Of a stretch of 64,000 nt of DNA, positions 10,251 to 19,475 are shown in pieces; position 1 is the stretch's first letter; each line of letters starts with the position of its first letter. A model generated the notes under the pieces. The model was not told the origin of the DNA, ran no database searches, and worked only from the letters and a program-made list of their open reading frames with translations. A program made the position numbers and the translations under genes. This DNA comes from Ignavibacteriota bacterium (GTDB lineage: Bacteria; Bacteroidota; Ignavibacteria; Palsa-1295), in assembly GCA_963787835.1 (NCBI GenBank), contig CAWBEI010000002.1:448001-512000 (forward strand), written 5' to 3'.

Positions 10251-10322
10251 GGAACATTTGAGGTCGTTGGTTCGAGGGAACCACGTTGAGGCGCCATCCT
10301 AACGCATGGCAAGAAAGGATTA

Positions 10323-10721
10323 TTGGATAGTATGTTTATCATTGCAATATTTTTATTTGGCTGGATCGTCCAGCTGCTCTGGAATGCACTCATTCCAGAG
10401 CTATTTCATGGGCCGATACTTAGTTATTGGCAATCGGTTGGGTTGTTACTGCTCAGCAGATTCCTGGTCGGGTTTAAGGGCAAGCATCGAGGCTGGAAGC
10501 CGAAGAGTTGGAAACGTTACGGTCCACCGTGGAAATGGAACAAGTGGAACAGCTCACATTGCGAGGATTGGAATATGGGTCCCGGCCCAGACTATTGCGG
10601 GCCCTGGCAAGGAGGCTGGCAGAACTGGCAGAAAATGACTCCAGAAGAAAAACAGCAGGCCAAGGAAGAATGGCGAAAGAAAAAGGAAGAGTGGAAGGCA
10701 AACTGGAAGCATGGAGAATAG
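10323..10721 (+). CDS. Small membrane protein with Trp/Lys-rich tail (possible anti-sigma partner)
   Basis: FGWIVQLLWNALIPELF.GP.LSYWQ.VGLLLLSRFL, then WQKMTPEEK; start uncertain (TTG 10323 or ATG 10332). Confidence 0.75.
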   Translation: MDSMFIIAIFLFGWIVQLLWNALIPELFHGPILSYWQSVGLLLLSRFLVGFKGKHRGWKPKSWKRYGPPWKWNKWNSSHCEDWNMGPGPDYCGPWQGGWQNWQKMTPEEKQQAKEEWRKKKEEWKANWKHGE

Positions 10722-10818
10722 TGATCGCAGCGCCAGAAATATTTTGATCTGTGTATCTATTTCCACTGATGGTCTGCCGCTGCTATTAGAATAACTTGAC
10801 TTTGCTCCGAAAGTTTCG

Positions 10819-10826
10819 TATGTTTG
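10819..10826 (+). promoter_or_regulatory. Bacteroidota-type -7 promoter element
   Basis: TATGTTTG matches TAnnTTTG; TTG about 20 nt upstream. Confidence 0.55.
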
Positions 10827-10938
10827 CATAAGAAACGTCCGGAGCATCGCTAGCGAGCGGCATTTTGGGTGAGTCTGCTATCGAAGTCCCGTGTCTCAAT
10901 ACTGTATTGTAGTACCTTCATAATTTAATTTCCCACTT

Positions 10939-11343
10939 ATGGCACAAATTCATTGGCTGGCCGTTCTGGTAGCGGCGATCGTGTATTTCTTTTTTGGATC
11001 CTTGTGGTATCAACTGCTTTTTAGGAAGATATGGGCGCGCGAATCTGGCATCAAAATGGATAACCCTCCCAAAGGTGGCGCGATGATGACCATGATGCTC
11101 AAAAGCTTCCTAGGTAATCTTCTTGCAGTCATCGCACTGGCGTTCCTTTTGCACTATGCACAAGGGGGCGATCTGATGCGGAGTGCAAAGATCGGAGCAG
11201 TTGCTGCCTTTGGTGTTGCAGGAGGAACGCTGTGGATTAATTATAACTGGCACAGCAAATCCACATTACTTTGGATCATCGATACCGCTTACTACACGAT
11301 CGGCCTTGCATTGGCTGGCGCTGTTATTTCAATGATGGCATAA
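10939..11343 (+). CDS. DUF1761-like membrane protein
   Basis: IHWLAVLVAAIVYFFFGSLWY..LF.KIW; four TM segments; WIIDTAY. Confidence 0.85.
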   Translation: MAQIHWLAVLVAAIVYFFFGSLWYQLLFRKIWARESGIKMDNPPKGGAMMTMMLKSFLGNLLAVIALAFLLHYAQGGDLMRSAKIGAVAAFGVAGGTLWINYNWHSKSTLLWIIDTAYYTIGLALAGAVISMMA

Positions 11344-11388
11344 CCGCGCCTCAAAAATTCCTTTGTCGCTCGAATTCTTAATAAAACA

Positions 11389-11414
11389 AAGAAGCCTGCA
11401 TCTGCGGGCTTCTT
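11389..11414. terminator. Bidirectional intrinsic terminator
   Basis: AAGAAGCCTGCA TC TGCGGGCTTCTT between convergent genes. Confidence 0.8.
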
Positions 11415-11428
11415 CATGAAGAACAGCT

Positions 11429-13042
11429 TTATCGCTTAGCTCGCTTTTTCGTTGCATAATGTTTCGCGGATTTCTTTGCTATGGGTTGAATTTTCTCCGC
11501 AATACTCTTCCCCTGCATAAAATGCAGCAGATAATCATACCCACCCGCCTTCGAATCCGTGCCGGACATGTTAAATCCGCCAAATGGATGCGCCCCGACC
11601 ATCGCGCCAGTACATTTGCGGTTGATGTAAAGGTTACCAACGAAAAATTCCTTCTTCGCGCGTTCGATATTCCTTTGGCTCTTTGAATAGACGGCTCCCG
11701 TCAAGCCGTATTCCGTATTATTTGCAACTTCGAGAGCTTCATCGAAATTTTTCACCGGAATAAGCGCCAGCACCGGACCGAAAATCTCTTCCTGCGCCAG
11801 CCGTGCATTCGGAGCAATATCGGCAACGACGGTCGGCTGGATGAAGTACCCTTCGGTTCCCGAACGTTCGCCACCGGCGACCACGCGGCCCTCTTTGCGG
11901 CCAATATCGATATAGCTCATGATGCTGTTAAATGCCTTCTCATTTACGACCGGCCCGATGCGAACATTCTTCGTAGGGTCGCCAATCTCTAATGCCTTCA
12001 CACGTTCGGCAATCTTCTGGACCATCTTCGGATACACCGATTGCTCGATGATCGCCCTGGAACACGCGGAACATTTCTGTCCCTGGAACCCATACGCGCT
12101 AACAACGATACCCTCTGCCGCTGCATCGAGATCGGCATCCTTCGCAACGACGATCGCATCCTTACCGCCCATTTCTGCAACCACGCGCTTGATCCATTTC
12201 TGCCCTTCGCGTGGTGTTGCAGCGTTCTGCGCGACTCGCAATCCCACTTGCTTCGAGCCAGTGAAGGAAATGAACCGCGTGATCGTACTATTCACCAGAT
12301 AATCCCCCACTTCGCCGCCCGGTGCAGTCAGGAAATTCAGTACTCCGGATGGAAGCTCCGCTTCTTCCATGATCTCGTGGAACAGCCAGCCCATCATCGG
12401 CGAATCGCTGGAGGGCTTGAGAACTATTGTGTTGCCCGTCACAATGGCGGCGGCTGACATCCCCACTAAGATCGCGAATGGGAAGTTCCACGGTGGAACG
12501 ATAACCCCGACGCCCAGCGGAATATATTCCAGCCAATCGTGCTCGCCTTTAAGCTGATGAAGCGGTTGCGGCCCACCAAAACGCATCATCTCGCGTGCAT
12601 AAAATTCCAGAAAATCGATAGCTTCAGCGGTATCGGCATCGGCTTCCGCCCAGTTCTTGCCGACTTCCCGCACCATCCATGCATTGATTTCATAGCGACG
12701 CCGCTTTGCGATCTTCGCGGCTTTGAAAATATAATTCGCTCGCTTGTCATACGGAACTTTGCTCCAGGTCTGGAATGCATTCGCAGCCGTTTGGAGCGCC
12801 TCTTCCGCATGTTCAACCGTTCCCTTCGCAAAATTACCGATGATCTCGCTCGGCCGGGCCGGATTGCGCGATGCGATCGCATCGCTCGTTCCAATGCGCT
12901 TGCCGCCGATCACATTAGGATAGATCTTGCCCAAACTGTCGCCCGTTTTGCGCAGCGCGGCTTCCATAGCCTTGCGCTCGCGGGGCTGGGTGTAATCTTT
13001 GTAGGTCTCGTTCTGAAATGCGGGGATTTTCGTCTTGGCCAT
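11429..13042 (-). CDS. pruA: L-glutamate gamma-semialdehyde (1-pyrroline-5-carboxylate) dehydrogenase
   Basis: EADADTAEAIDF, PPWNFP, FTGS, AEMGGK, GQKCSACSR, EEIFGP, SGTDSKAGG. Confidence 0.93.
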   Translation of the reverse strand: MAKTKIPAFQNETYKDYTQPRERKAMEAALRKTGDSLGKIYPNVIGGKRIGTSDAIASRNPARPSEIIGNFAKGTVEHAEEALQTAANAFQTWSKVPYDKRANYIFKAAKIAKRRRYEINAWMVREVGKNWAEADADTAEAIDFLEFYAREMMRFGGPQPLHQLKGEHDWLEYIPLGVGVIVPPWNFPFAILVGMSAAAIVTGNTIVLKPSSDSPMMGWLFHEIMEEAELPSGVLNFLTAPGGEVGDYLVNSTITRFISFTGSKQVGLRVAQNAATPREGQKWIKRVVAEMGGKDAIVVAKDADLDAAAEGIVVSAYGFQGQKCSACSRAIIEQSVYPKMVQKIAERVKALEIGDPTKNVRIGPVVNEKAFNSIMSYIDIGRKEGRVVAGGERSGTEGYFIQPTVVADIAPNARLAQEEIFGPVLALIPVKNFDEALEVANNTEYGLTGAVYSKSQRNIERAKKEFFVGNLYINRKCTGAMVGAHPFGGFNMSGTDSKAGGYDYLLHFMQGKSIAEKIQPIAKKSAKHYATKKRAKR

Positions 13043-13264
13043 GTAATAAAAAAATTAGAGTGCCGCAAAACACGCTTTTGCCGGGTTCTGCTCCATAGCC
13101 AAGCCGTAAGATTTTTTAACGAATGGTATTCCCATAGAAATAGGTGCCATTTTTCTTTCTTGTGAGTTCCCGATGACCCTCGTTTCCGAGCCGTTTTCGC
13201 CATTTTGTTGCAACAAATGTTTTCTCAAAGAACTCGTTCATAAAGAAAGCTATCCCATCCCCCT

Positions 13265-13294
13265 TTCATCTTTCATAATTCATACTTTATAATT
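13265..13294. repeat. Degenerate heptamer array (TTCATAA/TTCATAC type)
   Basis: TTCATCT TTCATAA TTCATAC TTTATAA. Confidence 0.6.
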
Positions 13295-13473
13295 ACCAAT
13301 AGGTGCCTATCAAAGCAATAACTAATATACGACAACATTTTCTCCCACACATGAAATGCGAAATTTTGTTAGCCTGCGTTGCCAAGCGTGGTGTTTATAT
13401 TTCGTATATTATATTGAGAATGATAGGCACCATTGCCGCGTTTTCGTTCTTTTAGTTTAACATTAAATAGAAA

Positions 13474-14685
13474 ATGGCCTTACCCAAAAACTTGCGTTCT
13501 ATCCATCCATTCCCGGCGAGAATGGCACCGGAGCTTGTGTGGGATGAATTGCCTGATCACTTGCCACGGCTGCGAGTTCTTGACCCAATGGCAGGTTCCG
13601 GCACAACGCTCGTGACAGCAAAGCTTCGAGGACACGAAGCAATCGGGTATGACCGTGACCCGCTTGCTGTACTGATTGCTCGTTCATGGCTGACGAACGT
13701 CTCAAAAACTGAGGTTGAAGCTAAAGGGTCTGAGATTTTGGCAAGAGCACGCGCAAGGGCACGGAATATGAAAATAGCTGATGCCTATCCCAGAAGTGCA
13801 GACGATGAAACTAAAGCTTTTGTACGCTATTGGTTTGACAGCACGAATCGTGTTCAATTAGCAGCACTATCTGAGTCAATTTCCCGGCTGCATGATCCAT
13901 CTCTTCGTGATTTAATGTGGTGCGCATTTTCACGACTTATAATTACGAAGAAAATAGGTGCATCGCTCGCAATGGATATTTCCCATAGCCGCCCGCACAG
14001 AAGCTATGAAAAGGCTCCCATTCAAGCATTCGACAGATTTGAGCAAGCTGTAAAATACATTGTAAAAGCAGCCCCTTTTCCGAATATTAAATCTGATGGG
14101 CTGCAAGCATCAGTGGGATTTGCAGATGCACGTCATTTACCGCTTGGCGATAGTACGGTGGATATTGTTATCACGTCTCCGCCATATCTAAATGCGATTG
14201 ATTACATTCGCGGGCACAAATTTTCTCTTATTTGGATGGGTCATAGCATTGAAAAGCTCCGAAATGTACGAACAACTAATGTGGGAACAGAGACCGTGGC
14301 AAGAGAAGAAGAAGGAGACATTCTGACTGAGCAAATCATGAAAATGATGTGCCCAGTTGAGACACTTTCAACGCGTAACGCTGGCATGTTGCGACGATAT
14401 GTGCATGACATGCGCGATGTTCTCTCAGAGATAAAACGTGTGTTACGTTCCCAAGGTAAAGCTATTTTTGTCGTCGGGAATTGTAACCTTCGTGATACAT
14501 TCGTGCAGAACTCAAAATGTATAGAAGGTCTTGCCGTGGGGCTTGGAATGGTTGTCAATAAAGTTCGGAGTAGAGCATTGCCAGAAAATCGGCGTTACCT
14601 TCCTCCCCCTGAATCATTAACAGCGGGCAAGGCATTAAATCGGCGTATGCGCGAAGAGGTGATTATCACTCTGATGAAGCCTTGA
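13474..14685 (+). CDS. Site-specific amino-DNA methyltransferase (probably N4-cytosine; motif I precedes motif IV)
   Basis: IHPFPARM, VLDPMAGSGTT (SAM binding), ITSPPY (catalytic). Confidence 0.9.
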   Translation: MALPKNLRSIHPFPARMAPELVWDELPDHLPRLRVLDPMAGSGTTLVTAKLRGHEAIGYDRDPLAVLIARSWLTNVSKTEVEAKGSEILARARARARNMKIADAYPRSADDETKAFVRYWFDSTNRVQLAALSESISRLHDPSLRDLMWCAFSRLIITKKIGASLAMDISHSRPHRSYEKAPIQAFDRFEQAVKYIVKAAPFPNIKSDGLQASVGFADARHLPLGDSTVDIVITSPPYLNAIDYIRGHKFSLIWMGHSIEKLRNVRTTNVGTETVAREEEGDILTEQIMKMMCPVETLSTRNAGMLRRYVHDMRDVLSEIKRVLRSQGKAIFVVGNCNLRDTFVQNSKCIEGLAVGLGMVVNKVRSRALPENRRYLPPPESLTAGKALNRRMREEVIITLMKP

Positions 14686-17292
14686 CTTAGCTCTTATAAC
14701 ATCATCCGCAAAAGCATCATTACTACGAAGGCTCTCCAGTTGACTTGCGACAGCAGCCGCAACGCGGGGCGCGCTTGCATTTACTATTATTTTGTCGCCA
14801 TCGATAGCCAAAAGATCAGGAATCAAAATTGACAAACCCTTTGCAACAGCAAGTACATCGTCCTGCTTTACTCCAACTGCATTAAGTTCATCTCTGCATA
14901 TGAGTGCTATTGTACTGGCAGAGAGAGCGTCCGGTATTTTCCGCTTGAGTTTTTCTAAAGCTTGTAGGAAAATATCGAATGTCAATGGTCTGCTATCTTT
15001 TAAATCAGTTTTGAGCTTGATTATCCACTGCGAAACCAATTCAGGATCGTGGAATTCAAAAAGCTTCTTAATCTTTGTGAGCGGTATCGCCCCGTATTCT
15101 ACCGTGTATTCTAAGAGCTTGCCCAAATCGGATGCTTTCATTGGGGTAACTTTTTGCTGTTCGCAACGAGTAACTAAGGCACCTTCAGTGAACCCTGGCG
15201 CAACAACCAGCGCGTAAGTTGCTCCATATCTTTCCCTATGCTCCACGATGCCATCAAGTTTTATGTTGCCAGTTGAGGCTTCGTCATGCTTTGAGCTCTT
15301 AGCGTCGAAAGAGAAGCTGTAAAGGGGAGGGTTGGGTTGCTTTACGGTTGGAGTGCTGGTTGTTGGCAAAGGAAATGCCCTTGCGATTCCTTCTGGTTCT
15401 CCCGATTTAGCAAGATCTTGTACATCAAACCCAATATAGCGCAGTGCATCAGAGAGAACGGCTTCAAGGTACTTCCAATTCTTACTATCATGTTGTGTTT
15501 GGAGAAGTAACTGTGCAATATGTGCGCCGGATTGTCTCCGTTGCATGGCTTGAAAGCGCATTAACTTGTCGCGATATTCCCTTAAACTATTTAACGACTC
15601 TGGATCAATTCCAATATCGAGGGCATACATATCGGAAAGAAGGTTAACCATAGCAATCGTTCGCAATAGTTCCTTCTCTCGTTTTGAATGCGAATATTCA
15701 GCAACGAAAGGATGTTGCTTGTTTACAACAATAGTGCTGTCAGATATCCGGAATTTCACGAAACTTCCATCGTCCGAATTCTCATATTTTACCTCATTAA
15801 GCGCAGTCGTGATGTTTTCCGCTGTATTCTCTCGCCAAGATTTGCGTCGCTCTTCCCGATTCGGGATGTTCGTCTCATCAAAAAGACCAGGCAAGGGAGC
15901 CTCCGTGCGGAGTGTCTGTGATACAACGTTTCTAAGGGGGTTTAGAGAAAGTACGCCTAATGACTTGACCAATATATCTCCACCATGAGGCATCATGGCA
16001 CTCTTGTCGCTGTCATATTCAGTCCTGACTTTATTAAAGACCCGCCTAAGAAAGGCACGGAAAATCTTTAATTCCCTCGATTCGCGGAGCTTCTCTCTAT
16101 CCGTTGTAAGAAATTCATTCAGCCCATCTGCCCTAACTGTCATTCGGAAACGGCCCCACGCTGCATGACTCAGATTTTTTTCACCAAAGCTCGGATCATT
16201 CTGATTAACCACGCGCCCAAGCACGTTTACAAAAAAACCTGTCGACGAGCTTCTCTCTTCGCTCTTGCCGGTAAACGGCTCCTGGAATAGTACGACTGTC
16301 CCCGTCACCATTCCCAATCCAGGTATCGAAACATGAGGCAGCGGATTATTGCTCGATTGAATCGGTACCTTTGCCTCCTCGTCGTCGCTCCCATCTCCTT
16401 CGTTAATTTCGATTGAATCAATTCCAAGACTTGGGCCAAGTATCCACTCCGCGATCTTAGGAGCAGCAATTTTAGAAGATGAGAGAAGATCGCCGTTTAA
16501 AGAGATTGCCATTTCGCTTCCGAATGGCAATGCCGCCTCAAGCATGCGACGAAGAATTCCTATCTTTAGTCCTTTGGCGATTGGCTTCAGATCGGATAAT
16601 ACAACCAGCGTCCAAGTTCCGTCAGTACTCCTCTTAAGAGCTGACTCAGGAGCGCCGAACTCATCTTCACTTAAATCACCAGCAGGGCGCGGGAACTTGT
16701 TTTGAATAAGTTTGAGAATTTCATCCCCGCCATACACAGTTTTAATGGCGGAAGTTAACTCCGATTCGGTAACCTCATAAAGGGGGATTTGTAAATCGGT
16801 AATCAAATGCGCAGACCCGCTTTGGTTTTGACGGGGAATCTTACCATAATCCATAGTAACCCGTCTAATTTTGCCATCCGAAGCTTTGCAAATATACGTG
16901 AGTTTGCCAGCTAGCACGTAAGTCGCCAACTTGCCTATTCCAAATTTGCCAATTATTTGCCGTCCGAACTCTTCCTTTTTTCCCTCCTTTGGTGAGAATG
17001 CTATATGCCAAAGTTGGCGTAATCCTTCTTCGTTCATTGATGCGCCGTTATCGAGAACCGACATAGTAGCATTCGGCTCATCAAGGTTCTCAGATATCCT
17101 AACATCAACACAATCAGCTCCTGCATCCCACCCGTTTGAAATTAGTTCTTCAAAGGCCTTTTGCGGTGAAGAGTACAAATGCTCACTAAATTGCTCTAGA
17201 AAGCGAGTACCCAGCTCCACTGGGATTTTTACCACCTCCTGTCCTATTGTTTCGGGCGTATCGTTTTTCATTAGGGCAGTAACTGAACTCAT
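14635..17292 (-). CDS. MORC/GHKL ATPase fused to a C-terminal PD-(D/E)xK (Mrr-like) endonuclease domain
   Basis: LYSSPQKAFEELISNGWDAGA, DNGASM, IGKFGIGKLA, GTW; C-terminal LEAVLSDALRYIGF..SGEPEGIA..FSFDAKSS; likely start 17292 or 17271, not 17544. Confidence 0.85.
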   Translation of the reverse strand: MSSVTALMKNDTPETIGQEVVKIPVELGTRFLEQFSEHLYSSPQKAFEELISNGWDAGADCVDVRISENLDEPNATMSVLDNGASMNEEGLRQLWHIAFSPKEGKKEEFGRQIIGKFGIGKLATYVLAGKLTYICKASDGKIRRVTMDYGKIPRQNQSGSAHLITDLQIPLYEVTESELTSAIKTVYGGDEILKLIQNKFPRPAGDLSEDEFGAPESALKRSTDGTWTLVVLSDLKPIAKGLKIGILRRMLEAALPFGSEMAISLNGDLLSSSKIAAPKIAEWILGPSLGIDSIEINEGDGSDDEEAKVPIQSSNNPLPHVSIPGLGMVTGTVVLFQEPFTGKSEERSSSTGFFVNVLGRVVNQNDPSFGEKNLSHAAWGRFRMTVRADGLNEFLTTDREKLRESRELKIFRAFLRRVFNKVRTEYDSDKSAMMPHGGDILVKSLGVLSLNPLRNVVSQTLRTEAPLPGLFDETNIPNREERRKSWRENTAENITTALNEVKYENSDDGSFVKFRISDSTIVVNKQHPFVAEYSHSKREKELLRTIAMVNLLSDMYALDIGIDPESLNSLREYRDKLMRFQAMQRRQSGAHIAQLLLQTQHDSKNWKYLEAVLSDALRYIGFDVQDLAKSGEPEGIARAFPLPTTSTPTVKQPNPPLYSFSFDAKSSKHDEASTGNIKLDGIVEHRERYGATYALVVAPGFTEGALVTRCEQQKVTPMKASDLGKLLEYTVEYGAIPLTKIKKLFEFHDPELVSQWIIKLKTDLKDSRPLTFDIFLQALEKLKRKIPDALSASTIALICRDELNAVGVKQDDVLAVAKGLSILIPDLLAIDGDKIIVNASAPRVAAAVASQLESLRSNDAFADDVIRAKSRLHQSDNHLFAHTPI

Positions 17293-17388
17293 TGGATGAC
17301 AGTGCCCGCAAAAAAACAAATGTGCCCAGCTCTTTACTTTCGTCCCTTCGAGACCATCATATTCTACTTCGCTCCCCCTATAAATCCG

Positions 17389-17396
17389 TATTTTTG
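17389..17396 (+). promoter_or_regulatory. Bacteroidota-type -7 promoter element
   Basis: TATTTTTG about 54 nt upstream of the ATG at 17450. Confidence 0.5.
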
Positions 17397-17449
17397 CATA
17401 AATTTTCATTCCACTTCTGGCTATTTGGTGCAATAACGGCGTACACTTC

Positions 17450-18013
17450 ATGCAAACCTTACATTTCAAAACATCTGCGGATTTCCGGCAGTGGCTGGAG
17501 AAGAACCACACGGGATCAGGTGGTATATGGTTACGCATGTTCAAAAAAGATTCACAGGAACGATCCCTGACGTATGCGGAAGCGCTCGATCAGGCGCTTT
17601 GCTATGGTTGGATCGATGGCCAGAAAAAGCCCTTCGACGAACTATCATGGCTGCAGAAATTTACACCGAGACGCCCCAAAAGCGGGTGGTCGAAAATAAA
17701 CACGCAGCATGTGGAGCGCCTTATCGAGGCTGGAACTATGACACCCGCAGGAATGAAAGCGGTTGAAGCAGCAAAGTCCGATGGCCGGTGGGAGATCGCA
17801 TATAGTTCATCCAGAAGCGCTGCCCCGCCGGAAGATTTTCTGAAGGAGTTGAGTAAAAATAAAAAAGCAGAAGCCTTTTTTAAAACATTGAACAAAGCAA
17901 ATGTGTATTCGATCGTGTATCGTCTTGAAACGGCAAAGAAGCCGGAAACCAGAGAAAAGCGGATGAAGACGATCCTTGCCATGCTGGAGCAAGGCACAGC
18001 ATTTCATCCTTGA
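17450..18013 (+). CDS. YdeI/OmpD-associated family protein
   Basis: FRQWLEKNH, EALDQALCYGWIDG, FTPRRPKSGWSKIN, AKKPETREKR. Confidence 0.92.
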   Translation: MQTLHFKTSADFRQWLEKNHTGSGGIWLRMFKKDSQERSLTYAEALDQALCYGWIDGQKKPFDELSWLQKFTPRRPKSGWSKINTQHVERLIEAGTMTPAGMKAVEAAKSDGRWEIAYSSSRSAAPPEDFLKELSKNKKAEAFFKTLNKANVYSIVYRLETAKKPETREKRMKTILAMLEQGTAFHP

Positions 18014-18042
18014 TCCTACGTTATTTTGGGTACCTTATAATT

Positions 18043-18063
18043 TTTTACCCGTGTTGGGTAAAA
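18043..18063. terminator. Possible terminator hairpin
   Basis: TTTTACCC GTGTT GGGTAAAA after the stop of the YdeI-family gene. Confidence 0.4.
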
Positions 18064-18368
18064 TAGCGATCGACCCGGTGGTTGACCCCGACCGAAGAGC
18101 GATTATTATTGTGTATGCCGTGAGTTCCTTGTGAAGGAGGAAATTGAGTGGCTTGGAGCATTCATTCATGAGAGATCGTTTTCATGCATTCTCTAGACTT
18201 CTTCTCTGCGATAGTTTCATCAGATGGGTCAACAAGGATCCGGAGTTGGCGCCGGTGTAATGGGGGGGAACATAATCCCCAGGATAGTTTGATGGGATTG
18301 CCCCGACGATCCACAGTATAAACTGCACTCTTACAGCCCACGTAGACTCTCTGTGCGTTGCATAAAAA

Positions 18369-18890
18369 TCATCTGATTTTATGATATAGTCCAAGTCCTG
18401 TATCGATTCGTTGAACCGTATTGTAAGGAAGAACGGGCTCCAACATAATTCCTGACGAATGACCGTCATAAAGAAGGTTCAAAGCAAGATAATATAATAT
18501 TGAGTCGCTCCTCTTATAACCCAACAGGGTTACCACCCAAAATCGTGAATCGTTCTCCGATTGATCATGAACCGCTGAAGCTGTCGTATCAAACGAGGCG
18601 AATCTATAATGGATTGTATTCTCCGATCTCGTTCTCATGAAAAACTTATCGGTATCCCATTCTCCGCCGGGATAGCGGTGCAAATACGATCCACGGTAAT
18701 CTATTCCTACTTGCTGCACGTCGTGTAAAAAGATTAAAGTGTCATCTTTATTTGGTATGAGCACAAACGTTCCATATACGTCATCTCGACTCGGGAAATA
18801 GGGAGTGCATGATCCAACGATCAGGAGCAAGAATGCTAAAATTCTGCCATATTTGTTTGGATCATGCCTATACCGTTCCATCGATTCCAT
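18369..18890 (-). CDS. Hypothetical lipoprotein
   Basis: GGAGG 5 nt before the ATG at 18890; KYGRILAFLLLIVGSC lipobox-like signal; AT-richer DNA. Confidence 0.55.
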   Translation of the reverse strand: MESMERYRHDPNKYGRILAFLLLIVGSCTPYFPSRDDVYGTFVLIPNKDDTLIFLHDVQQVGIDYRGSYLHRYPGGEWDTDKFFMRTRSENTIHYRFASFDTTASAVHDQSENDSRFWVVTLLGYKRSDSILYYLALNLLYDGHSSGIMLEPVLPYNTVQRIDTGLGLYHKIR

Positions 18891-19104
18891 TCGGTCCTCC
18901 GATTGGAATGCAACTACTCTGCTACCGTCCGGGTTCCGACACTTAATTTGGTGTGTATTCGTATCGTAGATAAAATAGCGTCCATAGTAGACCCCTGGTT
19001 TCGGTGTGAGGACATCGGGAGATATTTGATCGCAGGGATCAGGATAAAGTGGAAGATGGGCGTGCCACTGAACCCCCTCGCTGTCTATTGCGTTGAGAAT
19101 TATT

Positions 19105-19323
19105 ATGCAAGATAGCATTACCATATCCATTCCGAAAGAGATCAAGCGGGCTCTAGACCGGGAGCGCAAAGCAAAAGGCATTTCGCGCAGCGCGGTCGTT
19201 TCCGATGCCCTGAAAAAATACCTCGCGCTTCGCGAGATCGCAGAACTCCGTCAAAAGATGATTCCCAAAACGCGCGCGCAGGGCATCTATTCCGATGTGG
19301 ACGTTTTCGCGCGTGTGTCGTGA
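19105..19323 (+). CDS. Ribbon-helix-helix (CopG-like) antitoxin
   Basis: SITISIPKEIKRALD...GISRSAVVSDALKKYL, C-terminal GIYSDVDVF. Confidence 0.85.
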   Translation: MQDSITISIPKEIKRALDRERKAKGISRSAVVSDALKKYLALREIAELRQKMIPKTRAQGIYSDVDVFARVS

Positions 19324-19340
19324 ATGTTGTGTTTCGTTAG
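19320..19340 (+). pseudogene. Remnant start of a probable PIN toxin
   Basis: GTGA-coupled to the antitoxin stop; reads MNVVFR*, resembling the MxVVFDTN start of PIN toxins; only six codons support this. Confidence 0.45.
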
Positions 19341-19344
19341 TTGA

Positions 19345-19399
19345 CCCAGGGTTCCACTTCGTTCCACCCTGGGCTGCGGGTACTTCGTCCCTCCGGGAC
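19345..19399. repeat. REP-like double palindrome
   Basis: CCCAGGGT-N13-ACCCTGGG followed by GTCCC TCC GGGAC. Confidence 0.7.
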
Positions 19400-19431
19400 T
19401 AACATATTCTACTCCGCTCCTAATAAAGCCG

Positions 19432-19439
19432 TATTTTTG
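19432..19439 (+). promoter_or_regulatory. Bacteroidota-type -7 promoter element
   Basis: TATTTTTG upstream of the CDS at 19476. Confidence 0.5.
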
Positions 19440-19475
19440 TAGAATATATTTATCACTTCGCACTTACACCCCGCC

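Noticed and set aside
10306-10638. Alternative-frame ORF overlapping 10323-10721
   Set aside because: The 10323 frame has the coherent membrane-protein pattern; this frame has none
17293-17544. N-terminal extension of the MORC ATPase ORF
   Set aside because: It overlaps the divergent YdeI-family gene and its promoter; GHKL similarity begins only after about 17271
18891-19181. Single 270-aa ORF 18369-19181
   Set aside because: Its 5' part overlaps the RHH antitoxin on the other strand; an internal RBS, ATG and lipobox at 18890 is a better start
13043-19400. Transposon or integrative element carrying the defence genes
   Set aside because: No transposase, integrase, terminal repeats or target duplication recognised; only the base composition suggests acquisition
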